Of a DNA stretch of 64,000 nt, positions 1-13,654 are shown one piece after another (positions within the stretch are counted from its first letter, which is position 1; every line of letters begins with the position of its first letter). The DNA lies in the NCBI RefSeq assembly GCF_009914755.1, contig NC_060940.1; one strand, given 5' to 3'. The translations under genes were made by a program, and so were the position numbers. The notes under the pieces are model-generated. The model was not told the DNA's origin, made no database searches, and worked only from the letters and a program-made list of their open reading frames with translations. The stretch comes from the human T2T-CHM13v2.0 reference genome, Homo sapiens.

Positions 1-84
1 GAGTTTAACCTTTCTTTTCACAGAGCAGTTAGGAAACACTCTGTTTGTGAAGCCTGCCAGTGGATATTCGGACCTCTTTGAGGC

Positions 85-101
85 CTTCGTTGGAAACGGG
101 A
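85..101 (+). promoter_or_regulatory. CENP-B box (first of roughly 190 box positions, five per HOR, in alternate monomers)
   Basis: CTTCGTTGGAAACGGGA is the canonical 17 bp box. Next copies start at 425, 765, 1105 and 1440. Boxes C and D end in T but keep the core nTTCGnnnnAnnCGGGn. Confidence 0.97.
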
Positions 102-253
102 TTTCTTCATATTATGCTAGACAGAAGATTTCTCAGTAACTTCTTTGTGTTGTGTGTATGCAACTCACAGAGTTCAACCTTCCTTTAGACAGAGCAGATT
201 TGAAACACTCTTTTTGTGGAATTTGCAAGTGGAGATTTCAAGCGCTTCGATGC

Positions 254-270
254 CAATGGTAGAAAAGGAA
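254..270 (+). other. pJalpha-like (A-type monomer) motif at the position equivalent to the CENP-B box (representative copy)
   Basis: caatggtagaaaaggaa lies ~170 bp from the flanking CENP-B boxes and resembles the A-box/pJalpha motif of A-type monomers. It is diverged from consensus and binding cannot be shown from sequence. Confidence 0.55.
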
Positions 271-424
271 ATATCTTCGTATAAAAACAAGACAAACTCG
301 TTCCCAGACACTGCGTAGTGATGTGTGTGTTTAACTCACAGAGTTTAACCTTTCTTTTCATACAGCATTCTGGAAACCCTGTGTTTGTAAAGTCTGCAAG
401 TGGATATTTGGACCTCTTAGATGC

Positions 425-1439
425 CTTCGTTGGAAACGGGATTTCTTCATATAATGCTAGAGGGAAGAATTCTTAGTAACTTCTTTGTGTTGTGTGTATT
501 CAACTGACAGAGTTGAACCTTCCTTTAGACAGAGCAGATTTGAAAGTCTCTTTTTGTGGAATTTGCAAGTGGAGATTTCAAGCGCTTTGAGGCCAAAAGC
601 AGAAAAGGAAATATTTTCCTATAAAAACTCGACAGAATCTTTCTCAGAAACTGCTCTGGGATGTGTGCGTTCAACTCACAGAGTTTAACTTTTCTTTCCA
701 TTCAGCAGTTTGGAAACACTCTGTTTGGAAAGTCTGCACGTGGATATTTTGACCTCTTTGAGGCCTTCGTTGGAAACGGGTTTTTTTCATGTAAGGCTAG
801 ACAGAAGAAATCTCAGTAACTTCCTTGTGTTGTGTGTATTCAACTGACAGAGTTGAACCTTCCTTTAGACAGAGCAGATTCGAAACACTCTTTTTCTGCA
901 ATTTGCAAGTGGAGACTTCAAGCGCTTTGAGGCCAAAGGCAGAAAAGGAAATATCTTCGTATAAAAACCCGACAGAATCATTCTCAGAAACTGCTCTGTG
1001 ATGTGTGCGTTCAACTCACAGAGTTTAACTTTTCTTTTCATTCAGCAGTTTGGAAACACTCTGTTTGTAAAGTCTGCAAGTGGATATCTTGGCCTCTTAG
1101 AGGCCTTCGTTGGAAACGGGTTTTTTCATGTAAGGTTAGACAGAGGAATTCCCAGTAACTTCCTTGTGTTGTGTGCATTCAACTCACAGAGTTGAATGAT
1201 TCTTTACACAGAGCAGATTTGAGACACTCTTTGGGTGGAATTTGTAAGTGGAGAATTCAGCCGCTTTGAGGTCAACGGTAGAAAAGGAAATATCTTCGTA
1301 TAAAAACTAGACAGAATGATTCTCAGAAACTGTTTTGTGATGTGTGCGTTCAACTCACAGAGTTTAACCTTTCTTTTCAAAGAGCAGTTAGGAAACACTC
1401 TGTAAAGTCTGCAAGTGGATATTCAGACCTCTTTGAGGC
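425..1439 (+). repeat. 6-monomer variant HOR (1,015 bp), copy 1
   Basis: Runs from box B (425) to a hybrid E/B box (1440). Four monomers (680 bp) are missing and there is a 4 bp deletion (ctctgtaaag at ~1400): 1699-680-4=1015. Confidence 0.93.
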
Positions 1440-4400
1440 CTTCGTTGGAAACGGGATTTCTTCATATAATGCTAGAGGGAAGAATTCTTAGTAACTTCTT
1501 TGTGTTGTGTGTATTGAACTGACAGAGTTGAACCTTCCTTTAGACAGAGCAGATTTGAAAGTCTCTTTTTGTGGAATTTGCAAGTGGAGATTTCAAGCGC
1601 TTTGAGGCCAAAAGCAGAAAAGGAAATATTTTCCTATAAAAACTAGAGAGAATCATTCTCAGAAACTGCTCTGTGATGTGTGTGTTCAACTCACAGAGTT
1701 TAACTTTCTTTTCATTCAGCAGTTTGGAAACACTCTGTTTGGAAAGTCTGCACGTGGATATTTTGACCTCTTTGAGGCCTTCGTTGGAAACGGGTTTTTT
1801 TCATGTAAGGCTAGACAGAAGAAATCTCAGTAACTTCCTTGTGTTGTGTGTATTCAACTGACAGAGTTGAACCTTCCTTTAGACAGAGCAGATTCGAAAC
1901 GCTCTTTTTCTGCAATTTGCAAGTGGAGACTTCAAGCGCTTTGAGGCCAAAGGCAGAAAAGGAAATATCTTCGTATAAAAACCCGACAGAATCATTCTCA
2001 GAAACTGCTCTGTGATGTGTGCGTTCAACTCACAGAGTTTAACTTTTCTTTTCATTCAGCAGTTTGGAAACACTCTGTTTGTAAAGTCTGCAAGTGGATA
2101 TCTTGGCCTCTTAGAGGCCTTCGTTGGAAACGCGTTTTTTCATGAAAGGTTAGACAGAGGAATTCCCAGTAACTTCCTTGTGTTGTGTGCATTCAACTCA
2201 CAGAGTTGAATGATTCTTTACACAGAGCAGATTTGAGACACACTTTTGGTGGAATTTGTAAGTGGAGAATTCAGCCGCTTTGAGGTCAACGGTAGAAAAG
2301 GAAATATCTTCTTATAAAAACTAGAAAGAATGATTCTCAGAAACTGTTTTGTGATGTGTGCGTTCAACTCACAGAGTTTAACCTTTCTTTTCAAAGAGCA
2401 GTTAGGAAACACTCTGTTTGTAAAGTCTGCAAGTGGATATTCAGACCTCTTTGAAGCCTTCGTTGGAAACGGGATTTCATCATATTATGCTAGACAGATG
2501 AATTCTCAGTAACTTCCTTGTGTTGTGTGTATTCAACTCACAGAGTTGAACGATCCTTTACACAGAGCAGATTTGAAACACTGTTTTTCTGGAATTTGCA
2601 AGTGGAGATTTCAGCCGCTTTGAGGTCAATGGTAGAAAAGGAAATATCTTCGTATAAAAACTGGACAGAATGATTCTCAGAAACTCCTTTGTGATGTGTG
2701 CGTTCAACTCACAGAGTTTAACCTTTCTTTTCACAGAGCAGTTAGGAAACACTCTGTTTGTGAAGCCTGCCAGTGGATATTCGGACCTCTTTGAGGCCTT
2801 CGTTGGAAACGGGATTTCTTCATATTTTGCTAGACAGAAGATTTCTCAGTAACTTCTTTGTGTTGTGTGTATGCAACTCACAGAGTTCAACCTTCCTTTA
2901 GACAGAGCAGATTTGAAACACTCTTTTTGTGGAATTTGCAAGTGGAAATTTCAAGCGCATCGATGCCAATGGTAGAAAAGGAAATATCTTCGTATAAAAA
3001 CAAGACAAACTCGTTCCCAGACACTGCGTAGTGATGTGTGTGTTTAACTCACAGAGTTTAACCTTTCTTTTCATACAGCATTCTGGAAACCCTCTGTTTG
3101 TAAAGTCTGCAAGTGGATATTTGGACTTCTTAGATGCCTTCGTTGGAAACGGGATTTCTTCATATAATGCTAGAGGGAAGAATTCTTAGTAACTTCTTTG
3201 TGTTGTGTGTATTCAACTGACAGAGTTGAACCTTCCTTTAGACACAGCAGATTTGAAAGTCTCTTTTTGTGGAATTTGCAAGTGGAGATTTCAAGCGCTT
3301 TGAGGCCAAAGGCAGAAAAGGAAATATCTTCGTATAAAAACCCGACAGAATCATTCTCAGAAACTGCTCTGTGATGTGTGCGTTCAACTCACAGAGTTTA
3401 ACTTTTCTTTTCATTCAGCAGTTTGGAAACACTGTTTGGAAAGTCTGCACGTGGATATTTTGACCTCTTTGAGGCCTTCGTTGGAAACGGGTTTTTTTCA
3501 TGTAAGGCTAGACAGAAGAAATCTCAGTAACTTCCTTGTGTTGTGTGTATTCAACTGACAGAGTTGAACCTTCCTTTAGACAGAGCAGATTCGAAACACT
3601 CTTTTTCTGCAATTTGCAAGTGGAGACTTCAAGCGCTTTGAGGCCAAAGGCAGAAAAGGAAATATCTTCGTATAAAAACCCGACAGAATCATTCTCAGAA
3701 ACTGCTCTGTGATGTGTGCGTTCAACTCACAGAGTTTAACTTTTCTTTTCATTCAGCAGTTTGGAAACACTCTGTTTGTAAAGTCTGCAAGTGGATATCT
3801 TGGCCTCTTAGAGGCCTTCGTTGGAAACGGGTTTTTTCATGTAAGGATAGACAGAGGAATTCCCAGTAACTTCCTTGTGTTGTGTGCATTCAACTCACAG
3901 AGTTGAATGATTCTTTACACAGAGCAGATTTGAGACACTCTTTTGGTGGAATTTGTAAGTGGAGAATTCAGCCGCTTTGAGGTCAACGGTAGAAAAGGAA
4001 ATATCTTCGTATAAAAACTAGACAGAATGATTCTCAGAAACTGTTTTGTGATGTGTGCGTTCAACTCACAGAGTTTAACCTTTCTTTTCAGAGAGCAGTT
4101 AGGAAACACTCTGTTTGTAAAGTCTGCAAGTGGATATTCAGACCTCTTTGAGGCCTTCGTTGGAAACGGGATTTCTTCATATTATGCTAGACAGATGAAT
4201 TCTCAGTAACTTCCTTGTGTTGTGTGTATTCAACTCACAGAGTTGAACGATCCTTTACACAGAGCAGATTTGAAACACTGTTTTTCTGGAATTTGCAAGT
4301 GGAGATTTCAGCCGATTTGAGGTCAATGGTAGAAAAGGAAATATCTTCGTATAAAAACTAGACAGAATGATTCTCAGAAACTCCTTTGTGATGTGTGCGT

Positions 4401-4834
4401 TCAACTCACAGAGTTTAACCTTTCTTTTCACAGAGCAGTTAGGAAACACTCTGTTTGTGAAGCCTGCCAGTGGATATTCGGACCTCTTTGAGGCCTTCGT
4501 TGGAAACGGGATTTCTTCATATTATGCTAGACAGAAGATTTCTCAGTAACTTCTTTGTGTTGTGTGTATGCAACTCACAGAGTTCAACCTTCCTTTAGAC
4601 AGAGCAGATTTGAAACACTCTTTTTGTGGAATTTGCAAGTGGAGATTTCAAGCGCTTCGATGCCAATGGTAGAAAAGGAAATATCTTCGTATAAAAACAA
4701 GACAAACTCGTTCCCAGACACTGCGTAGTGATGTGTGTGTTTAACTCACAGAGTTTCACCTTTCTTTTCATACAGCATTCTGGAAACCCTGTGTTTGTAA
4801 AGTCTGCAAGTGGATATTTGGACCTCTTAGATGC

Positions 4835-5849
4835 CTTCGTTGGAAACGGGATTTCTTCATATAATGCTAGAGGGAAGAATTCTTAGTAACTTCTTTGTGT
4901 TGTGTGTATTCAACTGACAGAGTTGAACCTTCCTTTAGACAGAGCAGATTTGAAAGTCTCTTTTTGTGGAATTTGCAAGTGGAGATTTCAAGCGCTTTGA
5001 GGCCAAAAGCAGAAAAGGAAATATTTTCCTATAAAAACTCGACAGAATCTTTCTCAGAAACTGCTCTGGGATGTGTGCGTTCAACTCACAGAGTTTAACT
5101 TTTCTTTCCATTCAGCAGTTTGGAAACACTCTGTTTGGAAAGTCTGCACGTGGATATTTTGACCTCTTTGAGGCCTTCGTTGGAAACGGGTTTTTTTCAT
5201 GTAAGGCTAGACAGAAGAAATCTCAGTAACTTCCTTGTGTTGTGTGTATTCAACTGACAGAGTTGAACCTTCCTTTAGACAGAGCAGATTCGAAACACTC
5301 TTTTTCTGCAATTTGCAAGTGGAGACTTCAAGCGCTTTGAGGCCAAAGGCAGAAAAGGAAATATCTTCGTATAAAAACCCGACAGAATCATTCTCAGAAA
5401 CTGCTCTGTGATGTGTGCGTTCAACTCACAGAGTTTAACTTTTCTTTTCATTCAGCAGTTTGGAAACACTCTGTTTGTAAAGTCTGCAAGTGGATATCTT
5501 GGCCTCTTAGAGGCCTTCGTTGGAAACGGGTTTTTTCATGTAAGGTTAGACAGAGGAATTCCCAGTAACTTCCTTGTGTTGTGTGCATTCAACTCACAGA
5601 GTTGAATGATTCTTTACACAGAGCAGATTTGAGACACTCTTTGGGTGGAATTTGTAAGTGGAGAATTCAGCCGCTTTGAGGTCAACGGTAGAAAAGGAAA
5701 TATCTTCGTATAAAAACTAGACAGAATGATTCTCAGAAACTGTTTTGTGATGTGTGCGTTCAACTCACAGAGTTTAACCTTTCTTTTCAAAGAGCAGTTA
5801 GGAAACACTCTGTAAAGTCTGCAAGTGGATATTCAGACCTCTTTGAGGC
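4835..5849 (+). repeat. 6-monomer variant HOR (1,015 bp), copy 2
   Basis: Same hybrid junction, 4 bp deletion and ttgggtggaa SNV as copy 1, 4,410 bp downstream. Confidence 0.93.
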
Positions 5850-8800
5850 CTTCGTTGGAAACGGGATTTCTTCATATAATGCTAGAGGGAAGAATTCTTA
5901 GTAACTTCTTTGTGTTGTGTGTATTCAACTGACAGAGTTGAACCTTCCTTTAGACAGAGCAGATTTGAAAGTCTCTTTTTGTGGAATTTGCAAGTGGAGA
6001 TTTCAAGCGCTTTGAGGCCAAAAGCAGAAAAGGAAATATTTTCCTATAAAAACTAGAGAGAATCATTCTCAGAAACTGCTCTGTGATGTGTGTGTTCAAC
6101 TCACAGAGTTTAACTTTCTTTTCATTCAGCAGTTTGGAAACACTCTGTTTGGAAAGTCTGCACGTGGATATTTTGACCTCTTTGAGGCCTTCGTTGGAAA
6201 CGGGTTTTTTTCATGTAAGGCTAGACAGAAGAAATCTCAGTAACTTCCTTGTGTTGTGTGTATTCAACTGACAGAGTTGAACCTTCCTTTAGACAGAGCA
6301 GATTCGAAACGCTCTTTTTCTGCAATTTGCAAGTGGAGACTTCAAGCGCTTTGAGGCCAAAGGCAGAAAAGGAAATATCTTCGTATAAAAACCCGACAGA
6401 ATCATTCTCAGAAACTGCTCTGTGATGTGTGCGTTCAACTCACAGAGTTTAACTTTTCTTTTCATTCAGCAGTTTGGAAACACTCTGTTTGTAAAGTCTG
6501 CAAGTGGATATCTTGGCCTCTTAGAGGCCTTCGTTGGAAACGCGTTTTTTCATGAAAGGTTAGACAGAGGAATTCCCAGTAACTTCCTTGTGTTGTGTGC
6601 ATTCAACTCACAGAGTTGAATGATTCTTTACACAGAGCAGATTTGAGACACACTTTTGGTGGAATTTGTAAGTGGAGAATTCAGCCGCTTTGAGGTCAAC
6701 GGTAGAAAAGGAAATATCTTCTTATAAAAACTAGAAAGAATGATTCTCAGAAACTGTTTTGTGATGTGTGCGTTCAACTCACAGAGTTTAACCTTTCTTT
6801 TCAAAGAGCAGTTAGGAAACACTCTGTTTGTAAAGTCTGCAAGTGGATATTCAGACCTCTTTGAAGCCTTCGTTGGAAACGGGATTTCATCATATTATGC
6901 TAGACAGATGAATTCTCAGTAACTTCCTTGTGTTGTGTGTATTCAACTCACAGAGTTGAACGATCCTTTACACAGAGCAGATTTGAAACACTGTTTTTCT
7001 GGAATTTGCAAGTGGAGATTTCAGCCGCTTTGAGGTCAATGGTAGAAAAGGAAATATCTTCGTATAAAAACTGGACAGAATGATTCTCAGAAACTCCTTT
7101 GTGATGTGTGCGTTCAACTCACAGAGTTTAACCTTTCTTTTCACAGAGCAGTTAGGAAACACTCTGTTTGTGAAGCCTGCCAGTGGATATTCGGACCTCT
7201 TTGAGGCCTTCGTTGGAAACGGGATTTCTTCATATTTTGCTAGACAGAAGATTTCTCAGTAACTTCTTTGTGTTGTGTGTATGCAACTCACAGAGTTCAA
7301 CCTTCCTTTAGACAGAGCAGATTTGAAACACTCTTTTTGTGGAATTTGCAGGTGGAAATTTCAAGCGCATCGATGCCAATGGTAGAAAAGGAAATATCTT
7401 CGTATAAAAACAAGACAAACTCGTTCCCAGACACTGCGTAGTGATGTGTGTGTTTAACTCACAGAGTTTAACCTTTCTTTTCATACAGCATTCTGGAAAC
7501 CCTCTGTTTGTAAAGTCTGCAAGTGGATATTTGGACCTCTTAGATGCCTTCGTTGGAAACGGGATTTCTTCATATAATGCTAGAGGGAAGAATTCTTAGT
7601 AACTTCTTTGTGTTGTGTGTATTCAACTGACAGAGTTGAACCTTCCTTTAGACAGAGCAGATTTGAAAGTCTCTTTTTGTGGAATTTGCAAGTGGAGATT
7701 TCAAGCGCTTTGAGGCCAAAGGCAGAAAAGGAAATATCTTCGTATAAAAACCCGACAGAATCATTCTCAGAAACTGCTCTGTGATGTGTGCGTTCAACTC
7801 ACAGAGTTTAACTTTTCTTTTCATTCAGCAGTTTGGAAACACTGTTTGGAAAGTCTGCACGTGGATATTTTGACCTCTTTGAGGCCTTCGTTGGAAACGG
7901 GTTTTTTTCATGTAAGGCTAGACAGAAGAAATCTCAGTAACTTCCTTGTGTTGTGTGTATTCAACTGACAGAGTTGAACCTTCCTTTAGACAGAGCAGAT
8001 TCGAAACACTCTTTTTCTGCAATTTGCAAGTGGAGACTTCAAGCGCTTTGAGGCCAAAGGCAGAAAAGGAAATATCTTCGTATAAAAACCCGACAGAATC
8101 ATTCTCAGAAACTGCTCTGTGATGTCTGCGTTCAACTCACAGAGTTTAACTTTTCTTTTCATTCAGCAGTTTGGAAACACTCTGTTTGTAAAGTCTGCAA
8201 GTGGATATCTTGGCCTCTTAGAGGCCTTCGTTGGAAACGGGTTTTTTCATGTAAGGATAGACAGAGGAATTCCCAGTAACTTCCTTGTGTTGTGTGCATT
8301 CAACTCACAGAGTTGAATGATTCTTTACACAGAGCAGATTTGAGACACTCTTTTGGTGGAATTTGTAAGTGGAGAATTCAGCCGCTTTGAGGTCAACGGT
8401 AGAAAAGGAAATATCTTCGTATAAAAACTAGACAGAATGATTCTCAGAAACTGTTTTGTGATGTGTGCGTTCAACTCACAGAGTTTAACCTTTCTTTTCA
8501 GAGAGCAGTTAGGAAACACTCTGTTTGTAAAGTCTGCAAGTGGATATTCCGACCTCTTTGAGGCCTTCGTTGGAAACGGGATTTCTTCATATTATGCTAG
8601 ACAGATGAATTCTCAGTAACTTCCTTGTGTTGTGTGTATTCAACTCACAGAGTTGAACGATCCTTTACACAGAGCAGATTTGAAACACTGTTTTTCTGGA
8701 ATTTGCAAGTGGAGATTTCAGCCGATTTGAGGTCAATGGTAGAAAAGGAAATATCTTCGTATAAAAACTAGACAGAATGATTCTCAGAAACTCCTTTGTG

Positions 8801-11800
8801 ATGTGTGCGTTCAACTCACAGAGTTTAACCTTTCTTTTCACAGAGCAGTTAGGAAACACTCTGTTTGTGAAGCCTGCCAGTGGATATTCGGACCTCTTTG
8901 AGGCCTTCGTTGGAAACGGGATTTCTTCATATTATGCTAGACAGAAGATTTCTCAGTAACTTCTTTGTGTTGTGTGTATGCAACTCACAGAGTTCAACCT
9001 TCCTTTAGACAGAGCAGATTTGAAACACTCTTTTTGTGGAATTTGCAAGTGGAGATTTCAAGCGCTTCGATGCCAATGGTAGAAAAGGAAATATCTTCGT
9101 ATAAAAACAAGACAAACTCGTTCCCAGACACTGCGTAGTGATGTGTGTGTTTAACTCACAGAGTTTAACCTTTCTTTTCATACAGCATTCTGGAAACCCT
9201 GTGTTTGTAAAGTCTGCAAGTGGATATTTGGACCTCTTAGATGCCTTCGTTGGAAACGGGATTTCTTCATATAATGCTAGAGGGAAGAATTCTTAGTAAC
9301 TTCTTTGTGTTGTGTGTATTCAACTGACAGAGTTGAACCTTCCTTTAGACAGAGCAGATTTGAAAGTCTCTTTTTGTGGAATTTGCAAGTGGAGATTTCA
9401 AGCGCTTTGAGGCCAAAAGCAGAAAAGGAAATATTTTCCTATAAAAACTAGAGAGAATCATTCTCAGAAACTGCTCTGTGATGTGTGTGTTCAACTCACA
9501 GAGTTTAACTTTCTTTTCATTCAGCAGTTTGGAAACACTCTGTTTGGAAAGTCTGCACGTGGATATTTTGACCTCTTTGAGGCCTTCGTTGGAAACGGGT
9601 TTTTTTCATGTAAGGCTAGACAGAAGAAATCTCAGTAACTTCCTTGTGTTGTGTGTATTCAACTGACAGAGTTGAACCTTCCTTTAGACAGAGCAGATTC
9701 GAAACGCTCTTTTTCTGCAATTTGCAAGTGGAGACTTCAAGCGCTTTGAGGCCAAAGGCAGAAAAGGAAATATCTTCGTATAAAAACCCGACAGAATCAT
9801 TCTCAGAAACTGCTCTGTGATGTGTGCGTTCAACTCACAGAGTTTAACTTTTCTTTTCATTCAGCAGTTTGGAAACACTCTGTTTGTAAAGTCTGCAAGT
9901 GGATATCTTGGCCTCTTAGAGGCCTTCGTTGGAAACGCGTTTTTTCATGTAAGGTTAGACAGAGGAATTCCCAGTAACTTCCTTGTGTTGTGTGCATTCA
10001 ACTCACAGAGTTGAATGATTCTTTACACAGAGCAGATTTGAGACACACTTTTGGTGGAATTTGTAAGTGGAGAATTCAGCCGCTTTGAGGTCAACGGTAG
10101 AAAAGGAAATATCTTCGTATAAAAACTAGAAAGAATGATTCTCAGAAACTGTTTTGTGATGTGTGCGTTCAACTCACAGAGTTTAACCTTTCTTTTCAAA
10201 GAGCAGTTAGGAAACACTCTGTTTGTAAAGTCTGCAAGTGGATATTCAGACCTCTTTGAAGCCTTCGTTGGAAACGGGATTTCATCATATTATGCTAGAC
10301 AGATGAATTCTCAGTAACTTCCTTGTGTTGTGTGTATTCAACTCACAGAGTTGAACGATCCTTTACACAGAGCAGATTTGAAACACTGTTTTTCTGGAAT
10401 TTGCAAGTGGAGATTTCAGCCGCTTTGAGGTCAATGGTAGAAAAGGAAATATCTTCGTATAAAAACTGGACAGAATGATTCTCAGAAACTCCTTTGTGAT
10501 GTGTGCGTTCAACTCACAGAGTTTAACCTTTCTTTTCACAGAGCAGTTAGGAAACACTCTGTTTGTGAAGCCTGCCAGTGGATATTCGGACCTCTTTGAG
10601 GCCTTCGTTGGAAACGGGATTTCTTCATATTTTGCTAGACAGAAGATTTCTCAGTAACTTCTTTGTGTTGTGTGTATGCAACTCACAGAGTTCAACCTTC
10701 CTTTAGACAGAGCAGATTTGAAACACTCTTTTGGTGGAATTTGCAAGTGGAAATTTCAAGCACATCGATGCCAATGGTAGAAAAGGAAATATCTTCGTAT
10801 AAAAACAAGACAAACTCGTTCCCAGACACTGCGTAGTGATGTGTGTGTTTAACTCACAGAGTTTAACCTTTCTTTTCATACAGCATTCTGGAAACCCTCT
10901 GTTTGTAAAGTCTGCAAGTGGATATTTGGACCTCTTAGATGCCTTCGTTGGAAACGGGATTTCTTCATATAATGCTACAGGGAAGAATTCTTAGTAACTT
11001 CTTTGTGTTGTGTGTATTCAACTGACAGAGTTGAACCTTCCTTTAGACAGAGCAGATTTGAAAGTCTCTTTTTGTGGAATTTGCAAGTGGAGATTTCAAG
11101 CGCTTTGAGGCCAAAAGCAGAAAAGGAAATATTTTCCTATAAAAACTCGACAGAATCATTCTCAGAAACTGCTCTGTGATGTGTGCGTTCAACTCACAGA
11201 GTTTAACTTTTCTTTTCATTCAGCAGTTTGGAAACACTGTTTGGAAAGTCTGCACGTGGATATTTTGACCTCTTTGAGGCCTTCGTTGGAAACGGGTTTT
11301 TTTCATGTAAGGCTAGACAGAAGAAATCTCAGTAACTTCCTTGTGTTGTGTGTATTCAACTGACAGAGTTGAACCTTCCTTTAGACAGAGCAGATTCGAA
11401 ACACTCTTTTTCTGCAATTTGCAAGTGGAGACTTCAAGCGCTTTGAGGCCAAAGGCAGAAAAGGAAATATCTTCGTATAAAAACCCGACAGAATCATTCT
11501 CAGAAACTGCTCTGTGATGTGTGCGTTCAACTCACAGAGTTTAACTTTTCTTTTCATTCAGCAGTTTGGAAACACTCTGTTTGTAAAGTCTGCAAGTGGA
11601 TATCTTGGCCTCTTAGAGGCCTTCGTTGGAAACGGGTTTTTTCATGTAAGGATAGACAGAGGAATTCCCAGTAACTTCCTTGTGTTGTGTGCATTCAACT
11701 CACAGAGTTGAATGATTCTTTACACAGAGCAGATTTGAGACACTCTTTTGGTGGAATTTGTAAGTGGAGAATTCAGCCGCTTTGAGGTCAACGGTAGAAA

Positions 11801-12639
11801 AGGAAATATCTTCGTATAAAAACTAGACAGAATGATTCTCAGAAACTGTTTTGTGATGTGTGCGTTCAACTCACAGAGTTTAACCTTTCTTTTCAGAGAG
11901 CAGTTAGGAAACACTCTGTTTGTAAAGTCTGCAAGTGGATATTCAGACCTCTTTGAGGCCTTCGTTGGAAACGGGATTTCTTCATATTATGCTAGACAGA
12001 TGAATTCTCAGTAACTTCCTTGTGTTGTGTGTATTCAACTCACAGAGTTGAACGATCCTTTACACAGAGCAGATTTGAAACACTGTTTTTCTGGAATTTG
12101 CAAGTGGAGATTTCAGCCGATTTGAGGTCAATGGTAGAAAAGGAAATATCTTCGTATAAAAACTAGACAGAATGATTCTCAGAAACTCCTTTGTGATGTG
12201 TGCGTTCAACTCACAGAGTTTAACCTTTCTTTTCACAGAGCAGTTAGGAAACACTCTGTTTGTGAAGCCTGCCAGTGGATATTCGGACCTCTTTGAGGCC
12301 TTCGTTGGAAACGGGATTTCTTCATATTATGCTAGACAGAAGATTTCTCAGTAACTTCTTTGTGTTGTGTGTATGCAACTCACAGAGTTCAACCTTCCTT
12401 TAGACAGAGCAGATTTGAAACACTCTTTTTGTGGAATTTGCAAGTGGAGATTTCAAGCGCTTCGATGCCAATGGTAGAAAAGGAAATATCTTCGTATAAA
12501 AACAAGACAAACTCGTTCCCAGACACTGCGTAGTGATGTGTGTGTTTAACTCACAGAGTTTAACCTTTCTTTTCATACAGCATTCTGGAAACCCTGTGTT
12601 TGTAAAGTCTGCAAGTGGATATTTGGACCTCTTAGATGC

Positions 12640-13654
12640 CTTCGTTGGAAACGGGATTTCTTCATATAATGCTAGAGGGAAGAATTCTTAGTAACTTCTT
12701 TGTGTTGTGTGTATTCAACTGACAGAGTTGAACCTTCCTTTAGACAGAGCAGATTTGAAAGTCTCTTTTTGTGGAATTTGCAAGTGGAGATTTCAAGCGC
12801 TTTGAGGCCAAAAGCAGAAAAGGAAATATTTTCCTATAAAAACTCGACAGAATCTTTCTCAGAAACTGCTCTGGGATGTGTGCGTTCAACTCACAGAGTT
12901 TAACTTTTCTTTCCATTCAGCAGTTTGGAAACACTCTGTTTGGAAAGTCTGCACGTGGATATTTTGACCTCTTTGAGGCCTTCGTTGGAAACGGGTTTTT
13001 TTCATGTAAGGCTAGACAGAAGAAATCTCAGTAACTTCCTTGTGTTGTGTGTATTCAACTGACAGAGTTGAACCTTCCTTTAGACAGAGCAGATTCGAAA
13101 CACTCTTTTTCTGCAATTTGCAAGTGGAGACTTCAAGCGCTTTGAGGCCAAAGGCAGAAAAGGAAATATCTTCGTATAAAAACCCGACAGAATCATTCTC
13201 AGAAACTGCTCTGTGATGTGTGCGTTCAACTCACAGAGTTTAACTTTTCTTTTCATTCAGCAGTTTGGAAACACTCTGTTTGTAAAGTCTGCAAGTGGAT
13301 ATCTTGGCCTCTTAGAGGCCTTCGTTGGAAACGGGTTTTTTCATGTAAGGTTAGACAGAGGAATTCCCAGTAACTTCCTTGTGTTGTGTGCATTCAACTC
13401 ACAGAGTTGAATGATTCTTTACACAGAGCAGATTTGAGACACTCTTTGGGTGGAATTTGTAAGTGGAGAATTCAGCCGCTTTGAGGTCAACGGTAGAAAA
13501 GGAAATATCTTCGTATAAAAACTAGACAGAATGATTCTCAGAAACTGTTTTGTGATGTGTGCGTTCAACTCACAGAGTTTAACCTTTCTTTTCAAAGAGC
13601 AGTTAGGAAACACTCTGTAAAGTCTGCAAGTGGATATTCAGACCTCTTTGAGGC
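12640..13654 (+). repeat. 6-monomer variant HOR (1,015 bp), copy 3
   Basis: Same hybrid junction (box at 13655), 4 bp deletion and tttgggtgg SNV. ORF spacing 13213 to 14227 is 1,014 bp, as for the other copies. Confidence 0.93.

Noticed and set aside
271-290. TATA-like tataaaaa motif in A-type monomers
   Set aside because: It is an ordinary part of the alphoid consensus repeated every ~340 bp, and promoter function cannot be supported from sequence.
765-790. GC-containing motif followed by a T-run, resembling a terminator
   Set aside because: There is no convincing hairpin. It is the CENP-B box followed by a T6-T7 monomer variant in eukaryotic satellite DNA.
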